Shown in pieces: positions 1 to 9,468 of a stretch of 64,000 bases of DNA. The stretch comes from Bacillota bacterium. GTDB lineage: Bacteria; Bacillota; JAAYKD01. Made by a program: the position numbers and the translations under genes. The stretch is taken from assembly GCA_036744005.1 (NCBI GenBank), contig DAINOJ010000012.1, positions 180 to 64,179 of the forward strand, in the 5' to 3' direction. The notes beneath the pieces were generated by a model. It saw only the letters and a list, made by a program, of their open reading frames with translations, did not search any database and was not told where the DNA came from. The first letter of the stretch is position 1. Each line of letters begins with the position of its first letter.

Positions 1-1648
1 AACCGTTTAGCAAACCGGCTTCTACGGCCCGGGCCAAACTCGGCACCGCCCAGTGATTGGCGTATTGTTCTTTCATGTCGGTAAAACGATCCAACATGCC
101 GGCATCATACGTACCGGTGCCATCGTCTAAAAAGATGCGGTCCAAAATAGTAGCAATTTGCGCACGGGTTAGGCTGTCATACACGCCAAAGCGGTACGGA
201 GCCGCGGTTGTCATCCCACTCATCAAATTATAGTAGGTCAACGTCTGAATGTCGGTATGAGCCCAATGAGTTTCCGGTAAATCAATATAATCTTTTACCT
301 CTTCTTTTATCGCCAAACTTAAATCCAACGATCTGCGCAAGGTGGCAGCCGCTTCCGCCCGAGTCACCGCTTGGTCTGGGTAGAAACGAGTCGCCTTGGT
401 CCAACTAAGCCAGCTGCGTACTGCACCGTATAAGATTTCATCTTCTGCCCAATGCAAGCGAATATCGGCAAAGTCCCGATCAATGAAGTGGTCTCCACCC
501 GGTAAGGACCCAGAACCACCCAAAGCTTGCCAAAAAACAGGATCTTCTTGCCCCACAGCCCAGGCGGCATATCCTGCCAGTTTATACTTGTACATCAATG
601 CCATTTTATAGGTATACGACTCCACACTTTCGTGGTAAATGGAATAGTACCCTGGATCCAAACGTAAAAAAGGTAATAGAATGGGTTCGTCTACTCTAAA
701 CGTAGTCACATCGCTTCTCGTCACAGAATCGACCTTGTGAGTGACCTCCCGTATGCTTTCATGTGTCACAATTCGCTTCACCTGTAAGTGCCCTAACGCT
801 TTACCCATATTACTGGTCATGCTGCGCTGTAAATCGGTGTATGGTGTCTCTTTATCCAAAGTGCCTTCGCACCAAATTCGAGCATAAAAGGGAATACCCA
901 AGAGAATTTTCTTCGCTGGAATCCCTCGTTCCAATAAGTCTTCTACTTGCTCCACAACGGCATCTTCACCCGCCACCGCAGCGCCATATAAGGAGTCGGA
1001 ATTCCCGTTATAGCGAGTATAAAACATGAGCTCATAGGACATGAGCACAATATGGTCAGCATATTTCGCTAAGTTCGGGTAATCATAACTTCCGTGCCAA
1101 CCACCATTCCAGTTGTGTGGATTGGCAACCAAAGAAACACTAATATGCTTATCGGGCATCTTCTCTTTTAGCAGGCGCACGAAGTCGGTTTGTAAATCCT
1201 TTTCATCCGGACCTACGTTTTCAATATCGTAATTCACACCATCGAGATTGTATTGTTTCACTGCTGCAGCAATGTCTTCCGCCAATTGCTCACGATTGTT
1301 CAATGCAATGACGCCCAAATCAAAGTTATAACTATTGGATAAAAAGGGTACGACCTTGATTCCACGCAAATGGAATTGTCGAACCAGCTCCACATCCGCT
1401 TCTTCATATACGACCAAGCGCCCGTTCCAATCGAGCCCGAACCAGTCGGGAGAAACGTAATTAAGAGCGCCGTCGGAAGCATCGACTTCGCCTAACGGAT
1501 CGGCTACGTTAAAGATAAAGCCTAACCGTATGCTGCCTTCATCGAAGGTTGCAGCTATAAGTGGCTGCGGAAAGACCGTAACAATAAGAATGGTTAATGC
1601 CAAAAACAGAGATACTCCGCGTTTGCGGCATAGAAACGAGAAATTCAT
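1..1648 (-). CDS. Secreted glycoside hydrolase family 18-like protein with C-terminal SLH (S-layer homology) repeats; the 3' end runs off the window
   Basis: Minus-strand frame stays open from ATG 1648 to the window edge, so no stop exists and it is absent from the ORF track. The N-terminus MNFSFLCRKRGVSLFLALTILIV looks like a signal peptide. A GH18 DxxDxDxE-type motif (LDGVNYDIE) is present. SLH-like motifs (FADIRLHW..ILYGAV....FYPDQAVTRAEAAATL) occur near coordinates 60-420. Confidence 0.6.
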   Translation of the reverse strand, partial: MNFSFLCRKRGVSLFLALTILIVTVFPQPLIAATFDEGSIRLGFIFNVADPLGEVDASDGALNYVSPDWFGLDWNGRLVVYEEADVELVRQFHLRGIKVVPFLSNSYNFDLGVIALNNREQLAEDIAAAVKQYNLDGVNYDIENVGPDEKDLQTDFVRLLKEKMPDKHISVSLVANPHNWNGGWHGSYDYPNLAKYADHIVLMSYELMFYTRYNGNSDSLYGAAVAGEDAVVEQVEDLLERGIPAKKILLGIPFYARIWCEGTLDKETPYTDLQRSMTSNMGKALGHLQVKRIVTHESIREVTHKVDSVTRSDVTTFRVDEPILLPFLRLDPGYYSIYHESVESYTYKMALMYKYKLAGYAAWAVGQEDPVFWQALGGSGSLPGGDHFIDRDFADIRLHWAEDEILYGAVRSWLSWTKATRFYPDQAVTRAEAAATLRRSLDLSLAIKEEVKDYIDLPETHWAHTDIQTLTYYNLMSGMTTAAPYRFGVYDSLTRAQIATILDRIFLDDGTGTYDAGMLDRFTDMKEQYANHWAVPSLARAVEAGLLNG

Positions 1649-1795
1649 TGGAATCGCCTGCTTTCATTGTGGTTGCAATGTCTCATTTTTGCATATTCTC
1701 TCCCAGCTTGTCAAATGACAATTTTGCGACATTTCACGAAAGAAACCCTCCCATGCTCGGTAGAGCAAAGGAGGGCTCGCTTTTGCAAGGCAATC

Positions 1796-3838
1796 TTATT
1801 TGGCTATGGGTGTCACATCAATGTGCTCGTTAAACCACTTCACAATATGGTTCAAGCGATCTAAACGAAGGGTTGGTTTGCCATTACGGGATAAGTCATG
1901 GTTTGCGCCATCGAAACGGCAGAAACGAACTTCACGACCCAGTTTTTTGAGTTGGATGAAGATTTGTTCTGCTTGTTCCATGGGGCAACGATAGTCTTGC
2001 TCGCTATGGATAATCAGTAACGGGGTTTTGATGTTCTCCACATATTTCAAGGGGCTGAAATCCCACAGTTCATCCACTCCACCAAACGGAGATACATTGA
2101 GTTCGTTCTCGGTAAAGGTGTAGCCAATGTCAGAGCAGCCAAAGAAGCTCATCCAGTTGGTAATAGAACGTTGGGTCGCAGCGGCTTTGAAACGATCGTT
2201 GTGTCCAACAATCCAGTTGGTCATGAATCCACCATAGGAACCTCCGGTGACGCCCAAACGATCGGCATCAATCCAGTCCCATTTGGCTAAGGCCACATCC
2301 ACACCGGTCATAATGTCGGTGTAATCTTTGCGGCCGTAGTTGCCAATGCAAGCATAGACAAACTCTTGGCTGTAGCCATGGGAACCTCGTGGGTTCACAT
2401 ACAATACAGCATATCCTTGGGCAGCCAAAACTTGGAATTCATGGAAGAAGCCAAAGCCATACATGGTATGTGGTCCGCCATGGATTTCAACCACCATGGG
2501 GTATTTGTGTCCTTCTTTCCAACCTACCGGCTTCACCAACCACCCTTGAACATCCCAGCCATCTTCCGCTTTGTACCAGAACTCTTCGGGAACCACGATT
2601 TCGATTTCATCGGTGATATGAGAGTTCATATCGGTCAATTGAATCTCTTCTTTGGTTTCCAGGTTCAGCACAGAAACTTCGGTAATATTGGGTGTGTCGC
2701 CCCAGCCCAACGCCACCATTTTGCGATCTTCGCTGAAATCATACGCAAAAATCTGACGTTTGCCCTCGGTAACTTGGTGAATCTTCTGGGTTTTCACGTC
2801 CATATAATAGATATGGGTGGAACCATGATAATGTGCTTGAAAGTAGATGCCCGCTCTGCCTTTATCAAAGACAAAACCGTTTCCACTGTTGCCCATGCGG
2901 CAATCGGAAGCGCCGGTATCTCCAATGGGAATATCAAAATCCGCCGGGAGGATGTTCTCCGCCGGTTTACTGCCGTCGGCAGGTGCATGATAAATCTTAG
3001 CATGGGTAGCACCGGCAAATTTGCGGTCGCTGCCGGCAAAGATTAAGTGGGTTCCGCAAGGTCCCCAAACAGGACCCATAAAGGACCCTTCTTCGTGAGT
3101 AATGGCTACCGGTTCGCCGCCTTCCGCGGAAACCACATATACATCGTTTTTCCAGCCGTCCATATCGGGATCTACCGAACGGTTGCTGGTAAAGGCGATT
3201 TTGCTGCTATCGGGAGACCAGGCAATACTACCATTGTTGTAATCACCGGTGGTAATGCGTTTGGGGGTGCCACCTTTGACGTCCATCACCCAAATATGAG
3301 CGTATTTGTCGGTATCGAGGAAACCCATACCGTTCATTTTATAACGGATGCGCTCAATCACTCTGGCTTTGTCTTTGTATTGAGAAGCTAGGGCTTCTTT
3401 GTCTTTTTTCGGCAACGGGGTGCACATGACATCATCGGTATCTTTAACATCCATACGAGCGATGAAGGCGATTTTTTTGCCGTCCGGCGACCAAACCGGG
3501 TTATTGGCACCATACCGCATGGTGGTCAATTGCTGTGCTTCGCCGGCGCCGTTTTCTAAAACCCAAATCTGAGGTTCACCACTACGATTGGATACAAAGG
3601 CCACACTGCCGCCGCAAGGAGACCAACGGGGGAAAGAATCATTTTTGCCATTGGTAAACGGAGTGGGTTTCCCTTTACCGCAGGTAGGAACTTGCCACAA
3701 TTTGGATTCGTACGACTTGGTTTCTGGGTCAATGTAGGTGCCGACATAGATGATTTTCTTACCGTCCGGGGAAATTTGTGGATCTCCGGCCCATTTGATG
3801 TTCAGAAGATCTTCAATTTTCATACCGCGTTTTGCCAT
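1796..3838 (-). CDS. S9 family serine peptidase (prolyl oligopeptidase / acylaminoacyl-peptidase type) with an N-terminal beta-propeller
   Basis: 680-aa ORF with repeated WSPDGKKIAF-type propeller blades. The C-terminal alpha/beta hydrolase carries the GGSYGG nucleophile motif. Confidence 0.85.
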   Translation of the reverse strand: MAKRGMKIEDLLNIKWAGDPQISPDGKKIIYVGTYIDPETKSYESKLWQVPTCGKGKPTPFTNGKNDSFPRWSPCGGSVAFVSNRSGEPQIWVLENGAGEAQQLTTMRYGANNPVWSPDGKKIAFIARMDVKDTDDVMCTPLPKKDKEALASQYKDKARVIERIRYKMNGMGFLDTDKYAHIWVMDVKGGTPKRITTGDYNNGSIAWSPDSSKIAFTSNRSVDPDMDGWKNDVYVVSAEGGEPVAITHEEGSFMGPVWGPCGTHLIFAGSDRKFAGATHAKIYHAPADGSKPAENILPADFDIPIGDTGASDCRMGNSGNGFVFDKGRAGIYFQAHYHGSTHIYYMDVKTQKIHQVTEGKRQIFAYDFSEDRKMVALGWGDTPNITEVSVLNLETKEEIQLTDMNSHITDEIEIVVPEEFWYKAEDGWDVQGWLVKPVGWKEGHKYPMVVEIHGGPHTMYGFGFFHEFQVLAAQGYAVLYVNPRGSHGYSQEFVYACIGNYGRKDYTDIMTGVDVALAKWDWIDADRLGVTGGSYGGFMTNWIVGHNDRFKAAATQRSITNWMSFFGCSDIGYTFTENELNVSPFGGVDELWDFSPLKYVENIKTPLLIIHSEQDYRCPMEQAEQIFIQLKKLGREVRFCRFDGANHDLSRNGKPTLRLDRLNHIVKWFNEHIDVTPIAK

Positions 3839-3951
3839 ACTTCTAGTACCTCCTAATTTTATTTTGATGTGTGCATCTTGTTACTAATTCCATTAGGTCA
3901 CCCGAATTTCCTTCCGATTATGGAAATTGTTTTTGCAAGCGAAGCTTTTGC

Positions 3952-3987
3952 AAGAAAAAGAGACCCTCTTTGCTAAAAGAAGGTCTC
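3952..3987 (-). terminator. Rho-independent terminator downstream of pepV
   Basis: Imperfect hairpin GAGACC(C)TCTT / AAGAAGGTCTC at 3960-3987 is followed on the minus strand by a U-tract (plus-strand A-run 3955-3959). It starts about 10 nt after the pepV stop. Confidence 0.5.
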
Positions 3988-3996
3988 CGCCTATTT

Positions 3997-5391
3997 TTAG
4001 TGACTGTTTAAACGGATTAAGGCATGAACAATAATCTCGGTTGCCTTGAGCATTTTCTCAATTTCGATGCGTTCGTCAATGTTATGGATGTTGTTTTCGT
4101 CCCCAACAAACTCGGCACCGAACGCCACGCAATTGTCAAAATTCTTGGCGTAGGTTCCACCACCCATGGTGGCCGGTTGATTCACGGTATCCCCGGTTAT
4201 ATCGACATACACTTCACTAAGGATTTTCACTAACGGGCTATCGGGAGCAACAAACAACGGTTTACCAATACGTGCACCCTTAATCTCCAAACCACCTGCG
4301 GCAAAACTTTGTACAATGGTTTCGGCATGTGGCGTAAAATCCTGTATGGTCACCGGGAAACGAATATCAATGGTCGAAGTAATGGTGTCGTTTTCGGTGC
4401 TAATCATACCCACATTAAAGGTTAAGCGACCGTATTCATCCGAAACATCAACGCCACAATTTTCGCCGTTGTAGGCCATGCCCACACAACGATTATAGCC
4501 GTTGACAAAGGGAACATCTTCTAAGACCGTGCCTAAAAAGGCCATCATATGAGAAATGGAGTTCACACCCAATTCCGGTCTGGAGGCATGCGCTGCAATC
4601 CCTTCTAAACGCAGATGGAGTTCATTCCCACTGACTGTGACTTTCCCGTGTAATTGGTGTGCTGCCAAGTAGGCTTCAAAAGCTGCTTGAATCTTGTTGC
4701 TTTCACTACCGGCTAGCAAAACCACGTCGCAAGCGGGGCAGACCACGTTAGGAGCATTGCCACCTTTGGCAGAGAGGAGTTGAACCGAGCCTTTTCCCAG
4801 TTTGCTTCCGGAGAAGTTGGCTCGATAGGACCCTTTTTCACCAAAGGTTACCGGGAACGCCGCGTCAGGAGAAAAGGCATAATCAAATCCACCCTCTTTT
4901 TCCCGATAATACTTTACGCATTGCATGCCGGATTCTTCGTTCGCTCCCATAATGATACGAACTTCTTTGGTTAGAGGAATTCCCAATTCTTGTATGATTT
5001 TCAGAGCATATAAGCTCATAACGCAAGGACCCTTATTATCGCTCACTCCACGACCATAAATAAACTTCTCGTCACGGTCTCCACCCAAGGGGTTTTTGGT
5101 CCAACCTTCGCCTAGGGGTACGATATCGACGTGTCCTAAAACCCCAATGCGCTCTTTACCTTCGCCTGAGTGCGTATAGACTACATAATTATCTAAGTTC
5201 GTGGTTTGAAATCCCAGTCTCTTTGCCACTGCTTCGGCTTTTACAAGGGCTTCTGCCGGTCCATCACCAAAAGGTTTTCCTTCTTTGGCTTCGGTTTTAA
5301 CACTGTCTACCGCTACCAATTCAAAAATATCACGAATCATATCTTCCTGGCAACCCCAAACTTTGGCATGAACTTGCTGTTTTAAATCCAT
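3997..5391 (-). CDS. pepV: M20 family dipeptidase PepV-like (Xaa-His dipeptidase)
   Basis: 464-aa ORF with HVDIVP and GRGVSDNKGP motifs typical of M20A dipeptidases (PepV/Sapep). Confidence 0.8.
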   Translation of the reverse strand: MDLKQQVHAKVWGCQEDMIRDIFELVAVDSVKTEAKEGKPFGDGPAEALVKAEAVAKRLGFQTTNLDNYVVYTHSGEGKERIGVLGHVDIVPLGEGWTKNPLGGDRDEKFIYGRGVSDNKGPCVMSLYALKIIQELGIPLTKEVRIIMGANEESGMQCVKYYREKEGGFDYAFSPDAAFPVTFGEKGSYRANFSGSKLGKGSVQLLSAKGGNAPNVVCPACDVVLLAGSESNKIQAAFEAYLAAHQLHGKVTVSGNELHLRLEGIAAHASRPELGVNSISHMMAFLGTVLEDVPFVNGYNRCVGMAYNGENCGVDVSDEYGRLTFNVGMISTENDTITSTIDIRFPVTIQDFTPHAETIVQSFAAGGLEIKGARIGKPLFVAPDSPLVKILSEVYVDITGDTVNQPATMGGGTYAKNFDNCVAFGAEFVGDENNIHNIDERIEIEKMLKATEIIVHALIRLNSH

Positions 5392-5439
5392 AAGAACACC
5401 TCCATTGCTTTCTATCTATGAACTTTCGTTTTCATAGCC

Positions 5440-5922
5440 TTATTTATGATAGGGCAGATTTCGTTGAATACTCAGTGCCCTATATAGCTGCTCACAAAGA
5501 ATCAGTCGGCAAAGCTGATGAGGAAAAGTCAAAGGAGATAAGCAGAGTCGTGCCTGTGTTTGTAGTAGCACCTTTTCGCTTAATCCCAAAGACCCTCCAA
5601 TGAGAAAATTAACCGTAGAGAACCCGTCAACCGCTAAATGCTGCAACCACTCCGCCAATTTAGGAGAGGTCACCTCTTGTCCTTGCAGGTCCAACGCTAT
5701 AGTGAAATCACTCTTACCAACTCTCTGTAGCAACCGCTCGCCTTCCCGTTCTTTCAACTGAAGTTCCTCTTTCGCTGAAAGATGCTCCGGCGCTTTTTCT
5801 TCTTCACATTCCACAATCTGCAGCTTGGCCATGGGTTGGATTCGTTTGGAATATTCCTCTATCCCTTGTCTGAGCCAAGCATCTTTGACTTTACCAATAG
5901 CAATCATTCGAATCGTTTGCAT
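5440..5922 (-). CDS. rlmH: 23S rRNA (pseudouridine1915-N3)-methyltransferase RlmH
   Basis: SPOUT-type sequence starting MQTIRMIAIGKVKD. The start was moved to the internal ATG (M20 of the track ORF) so the gene begins after the upstream yycJ stop and has the usual length of about 160 aa. Confidence 0.85.
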   Translation of the reverse strand: MQTIRMIAIGKVKDAWLRQGIEEYSKRIQPMAKLQIVECEEEKAPEHLSAKEELQLKEREGERLLQRVGKSDFTIALDLQGQEVTSPKLAEWLQHLAVDGFSTVNFLIGGSLGLSEKVLLQTQARLCLSPLTFPHQLCRLILCEQLYRALSIQRNLPYHK

Positions 5923-5941
5923 TCTATCCTCGTTCTCCGGC

Positions 5942-6703
5942 TTACGGAGCTGCTGCGTGAATTCTAAGTTGTTGAACATCGTGCCCCGAAGTGGCTAAAC
6001 ATTGCCGCACCGTTTCCAAGGCCAATTGTGGGGTATTATTGGTTTGACTCAAGTGAGCCAAATACAATTCCTTGGTCTTTGGCGTCAAATATTCTGCCAA
6101 CAAAGTTCCGGTTTGTAAATTGGATAGATGACCCACTTGACTGGCGACCCGTTGCTTTAAATACCAAGGGTACGGTCCGTGTTGAAGCATTTGCACATCA
6201 TGATTGGATTCCAACACCACATAATCGGCCATGGTAAGGGCTTGAGGCAACCAAGGTGCAGGAATTCCCATATCGGTGGCGTAGAGCAAACACTCGCCCG
6301 AACGGCTGTGTATGAGGTAGCCCACCGGGGCAACACCATCGTGAGAAACCGGAAGGGACTGTACGGCCAAATCGCCGATGGTCATCATGTCACCAATATC
6401 CAGTGGTCGATACACATAGTTCTGGGCCTTAGGAATTTGATGGTTAATGGCGGACCAGGTTTGACGATTGCTAACCATGGTTACATCTTTGGGGAATGTT
6501 ACCGTAGATAAGGCCTTGATGTGATCACTGTGCTCGTGCGTAAAGAAACAGGCTTGCAGCTCTTTTAAGCACGTCCCAAAGGGTTTCATTCGTTGATTTA
6601 ACAGACGAGGACCAATACCGGCGTCTATGAGGATGGCCGTGTGGTTTTCCCGAACCAAACAAGCATTTCCGGTACTACCGGATGCCAATGGATAAACCTG
6701 CAT
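5942..6703 (-). CDS. yycJ: MBL-fold metallo-hydrolase YycJ/WalJ
   Basis: THEHSDH metallo-beta-lactamase motif. It sits at the distal end of the walRK-yycHI locus, as in Bacillus. Confidence 0.8.
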   Translation of the reverse strand: MQVYPLASGSTGNACLVRENHTAILIDAGIGPRLLNQRMKPFGTCLKELQACFFTHEHSDHIKALSTVTFPKDVTMVSNRQTWSAINHQIPKAQNYVYRPLDIGDMMTIGDLAVQSLPVSHDGVAPVGYLIHSRSGECLLYATDMGIPAPWLPQALTMADYVVLESNHDVQMLQHGPYPWYLKQRVASQVGHLSNLQTGTLLAEYLTPKTKELYLAHLSQTNNTPQLALETVRQCLATSGHDVQQLRIHAAAP

Positions 6704-6718
6704 ACCATGCCTTCCTCT

Positions 6719-7189
6719 CTAAAACAAAGTAAATCCCCAGCTTAAAGCGGCTATAATAAACCCTGCAACAAGGTTACCGGCAAAAACAGCAATCACTGAG
6801 GGCCAAAATTTCATCTTCAGTATGGCTGAAAGCCCTGAACCGGTCCAAACACCTGTTCCCGGCAAGGGAATCGCTACAAAAACAAACAAGCCAAAGATGC
6901 CATATTTGTCAATTTGCTGACGATGTTTCATTAATTTATGTTCTAACCAGTTGGCTACCGGCAGCATCGCCGGTGTGTGGCTTAAGTAACGAAGCAACGG
7001 TCGAAGAATGAGTAATATAGGAATGCACGGCAAACTGGACCCGATATAAGATACCCAAAAAGCAACCGGCAACGATAACCCCTTCGCCAGTCCAATGGGA
7101 ATGGCACCTTTCAGTTCAATAATAGGCAGAGCTGCAATCAGTAAAACCGAAATCTCCTGAAAGAGCAATTGCCAGAAGTTTCCTGTCAT
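6719..7189 (-). CDS. Small integral membrane protein (small multidrug-export-like, COG2426-type)
   Basis: 156-aa ORF consisting of four hydrophobic helices. It is inserted between murA and yycJ. Confidence 0.45.
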   Translation of the reverse strand: MTGNFWQLLFQEISVLLIAALPIIELKGAIPIGLAKGLSLPVAFWVSYIGSSLPCIPILLILRPLLRYLSHTPAMLPVANWLEHKLMKHRQQIDKYGIFGLFVFVAIPLPGTGVWTGSGLSAILKMKFWPSVIAVFAGNLVAGFIIAALSWGFTLF

Positions 7190-7217
7190 GAAACACCCGC
7201 CTTATCTCGCAACCCGA

Positions 7218-8474
7218 TTAGACATGCTCTCTGCGAATTTGAGCGCCTAACACCTGCAATCTTTCTACAATTCGATCATACCCTCTGTCGATGTGTTCGA
7301 CACCACTTACATAAGTGGTTCCCTTCGCGGCCAATCCTGCAATGATTAAACAAGCACCCGCTCTCAGGTTGGCAGCCGTCACCGGTGCCCCTTTATAGCC
7401 CGGAACCCCTTGTACCAAGGCGGTTTGACCATCCACTTTGATTTGGGCACCCATGTGATTCAGTTCTTCGGCGTGCCCAAACCGAGATTCATAAATCGTT
7501 TCATTAAAAATACTGGTTCCTTCTGCCAACCCCATATATGCCATGGCAGGAGCTTGCAAATCTGTTGGAAATCCCGGATGCGGTAGGGTTTTGATGTTCA
7601 CCGCTTTCGCTCGACCCGGATGAACTACTCGAACGGAATCTAAGGTCGATTCTACTTGCATGCCCGATTCACGCAACTTGGCGATGACCGCATCCAGATG
7701 CTCGGGTATGACATTGGATAATGTCACATCCCCTCCGCTTGCTGCCGCAGCAAAAAGAAACGTACCGGCTTCAATCCGGTCGGGTATGCAACTGTAGACG
7801 CAACCACCAAATTTTTTCACACCGGTCACACGGATGGTTTCGGTGCCCGCACCACGCACACTCCCACCCATGGCATTGATGAAGTTGGCGACATCTATGA
7901 CCTCCGGTTCCAAAGCGGCATTTTCCATAACGGTGACGCCGTCGGCCATGGAAGCCGCCAGCATGACATTAATCGTTGCACCCACGGTCGACATGTCGAA
8001 GAAAACATGCCCTCCTGACAGGTGCTCAGTGTTTAATTTCACTTGACCATCTTCTAAAACATAGGTTGCATTGAGAGCTTGAAATCCCTTTAAATGTTGG
8101 TCGATGGGTCTTGCCCCAATTTGACATCCGCCGGGCAGAGAAACATTGACCTTTCCTTTTTTGGCCAATAACGAGCCAAGAAAATAGTAAGATGCTCTCA
8201 GTTTCACAGCAATGTCGGAGGGTGTCTGATAAGACAAATACTCACCCTTGGCAATATGCCACTCATAAGTTCCCCGACGAGTGACTTTCATGCCAATGGC
8301 CTTTAAGATGTCAATCATGACAAAGACATCGACAATTTCTGGCAAGTTGTCGAGTACGACTTCTTCATCCGTCAATGCTGCTGCGGCCAGCAAAGCAACT
8401 GCAGAATTTTTTGCCCCGTTTACTCGCAACGATCCATGCAAAGGGGTTCCGCCCTCAATTACAATTCTATCCAT
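7218..8474 (-). CDS. murA: UDP-N-acetylglucosamine 1-carboxyvinyltransferase
   Basis: 418-aa ORF with the MurA N-terminus MDRIVIEGG..LHGSLRVNGAKNSAV and conserved length. Confidence 0.9.
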   Translation of the reverse strand: MDRIVIEGGTPLHGSLRVNGAKNSAVALLAAAALTDEEVVLDNLPEIVDVFVMIDILKAIGMKVTRRGTYEWHIAKGEYLSYQTPSDIAVKLRASYYFLGSLLAKKGKVNVSLPGGCQIGARPIDQHLKGFQALNATYVLEDGQVKLNTEHLSGGHVFFDMSTVGATINVMLAASMADGVTVMENAALEPEVIDVANFINAMGGSVRGAGTETIRVTGVKKFGGCVYSCIPDRIEAGTFLFAAAASGGDVTLSNVIPEHLDAVIAKLRESGMQVESTLDSVRVVHPGRAKAVNIKTLPHPGFPTDLQAPAMAYMGLAEGTSIFNETIYESRFGHAEELNHMGAQIKVDGQTALVQGVPGYKGAPVTAANLRAGACLIIAGLAAKGTTYVSGVEHIDRGYDRIVERLQVLGAQIRREHV

Positions 8475-8524
8475 AAAAAGAGGTCACTTCCGTTCCTAAA
8501 AATATAATCCCATTCGTGAGTAGA

Positions 8525-9439
8525 TTATCCGTGAAATAAGCGTTTGGCTGTCATGGCGTCATAATATACGGCTTGCTGATCCTGGAACATCACCCGCCAA
8601 ACCGGTTTAGCTTCCGCGATTTGCTCTGAGTTGAAAAAACTAAAATACCCAAACTGTATTTCTTTGACAACTAACCAGTTTTCACCCTGAAGCAGTTTTT
8701 GATCCCGTAAAGCGAGAATATAATCGTCTTCCAGCATGCGCAACAAAATATTGGAAGCGGGCGTCATCCATTCCACTGTGCCGATTTCTCCGACAATGCG
8801 CAAAGGATTGATGGTGCATTGCCGAACCTGATCCCCTACCACAGTCACTTCTACGCTTAAATCAAAAACCGGACGGTTATTAAAGCTTCGACAATATTGA
8901 ACCGTTTGACTCGATGATAATACACCAAGGTTCCATTGACTTTGTAAAGAGAGTCCGAAAATACTGAGTTGCAAGCGTTCTTTTAGGAATCGTTCCGCTA
9001 CCGATTGGGCAAAGTCATAGGAGATGAGGGGGGAATCTTCGGTTAAGTGGATTCCATCATTATAGTAGGTCAACAATCCGCTGGCACTTAATATGGCGTT
9101 CTCCTCGCCCGATTGAACTTGGGTAAACACATTTCCGTCATGTCCGGTAGTTTGTAGAACCTGGGGAGCTTTCCCGCTGAACAGTCGATCCAAATAATCG
9201 GACATTTGGGTTTCAGCTTTTAATTGTAAAATCGAAGCTTTGGGAATTTGGCGCGGAATGGACTGCAAAAGAGTAATCTTCTCTTCCAACAAGCGGTCTC
9301 TCACCGCAGCAATGGCTACATCTCCTCCGACACTGGCTTCCATGAGGTGCATGGGACGCAAAAAATTATAATATCCCAATACTCCGTTCAGTACCAAAAA
9401 AATCACGATGAGTACTGTTTGTGCCCGGGACCAGTTCAT
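8525..9439 (-). CDS. yycI: YycI-like WalK-regulatory membrane-anchored protein
   Basis: N-terminus MNWSRAQTVLIVIFLVLNGVL is a single TM anchor, as in YycI. It lies immediately downstream of yycH and walK. Confidence 0.6.
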   Translation of the reverse strand: MNWSRAQTVLIVIFLVLNGVLGYYNFLRPMHLMEASVGGDVAIAAVRDRLLEEKITLLQSIPRQIPKASILQLKAETQMSDYLDRLFSGKAPQVLQTTGHDGNVFTQVQSGEENAILSASGLLTYYNDGIHLTEDSPLISYDFAQSVAERFLKERLQLSIFGLSLQSQWNLGVLSSSQTVQYCRSFNNRPVFDLSVEVTVVGDQVRQCTINPLRIVGEIGTVEWMTPASNILLRMLEDDYILALRDQKLLQGENWLVVKEIQFGYFSFFNSEQIAEAKPVWRVMFQDQQAVYYDAMTAKRLFHG

Positions 9440-9468
9440 GGCATCCCCTCCTGTTATCGTCGCAGATG

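Noticed and set aside
2366-3046. 226-aa plus-strand ORF
   Set aside because: It lies entirely antisense to the well-supported S9 peptidase gene and has no RBS or recognisable motif. It is an overlapping shadow ORF.
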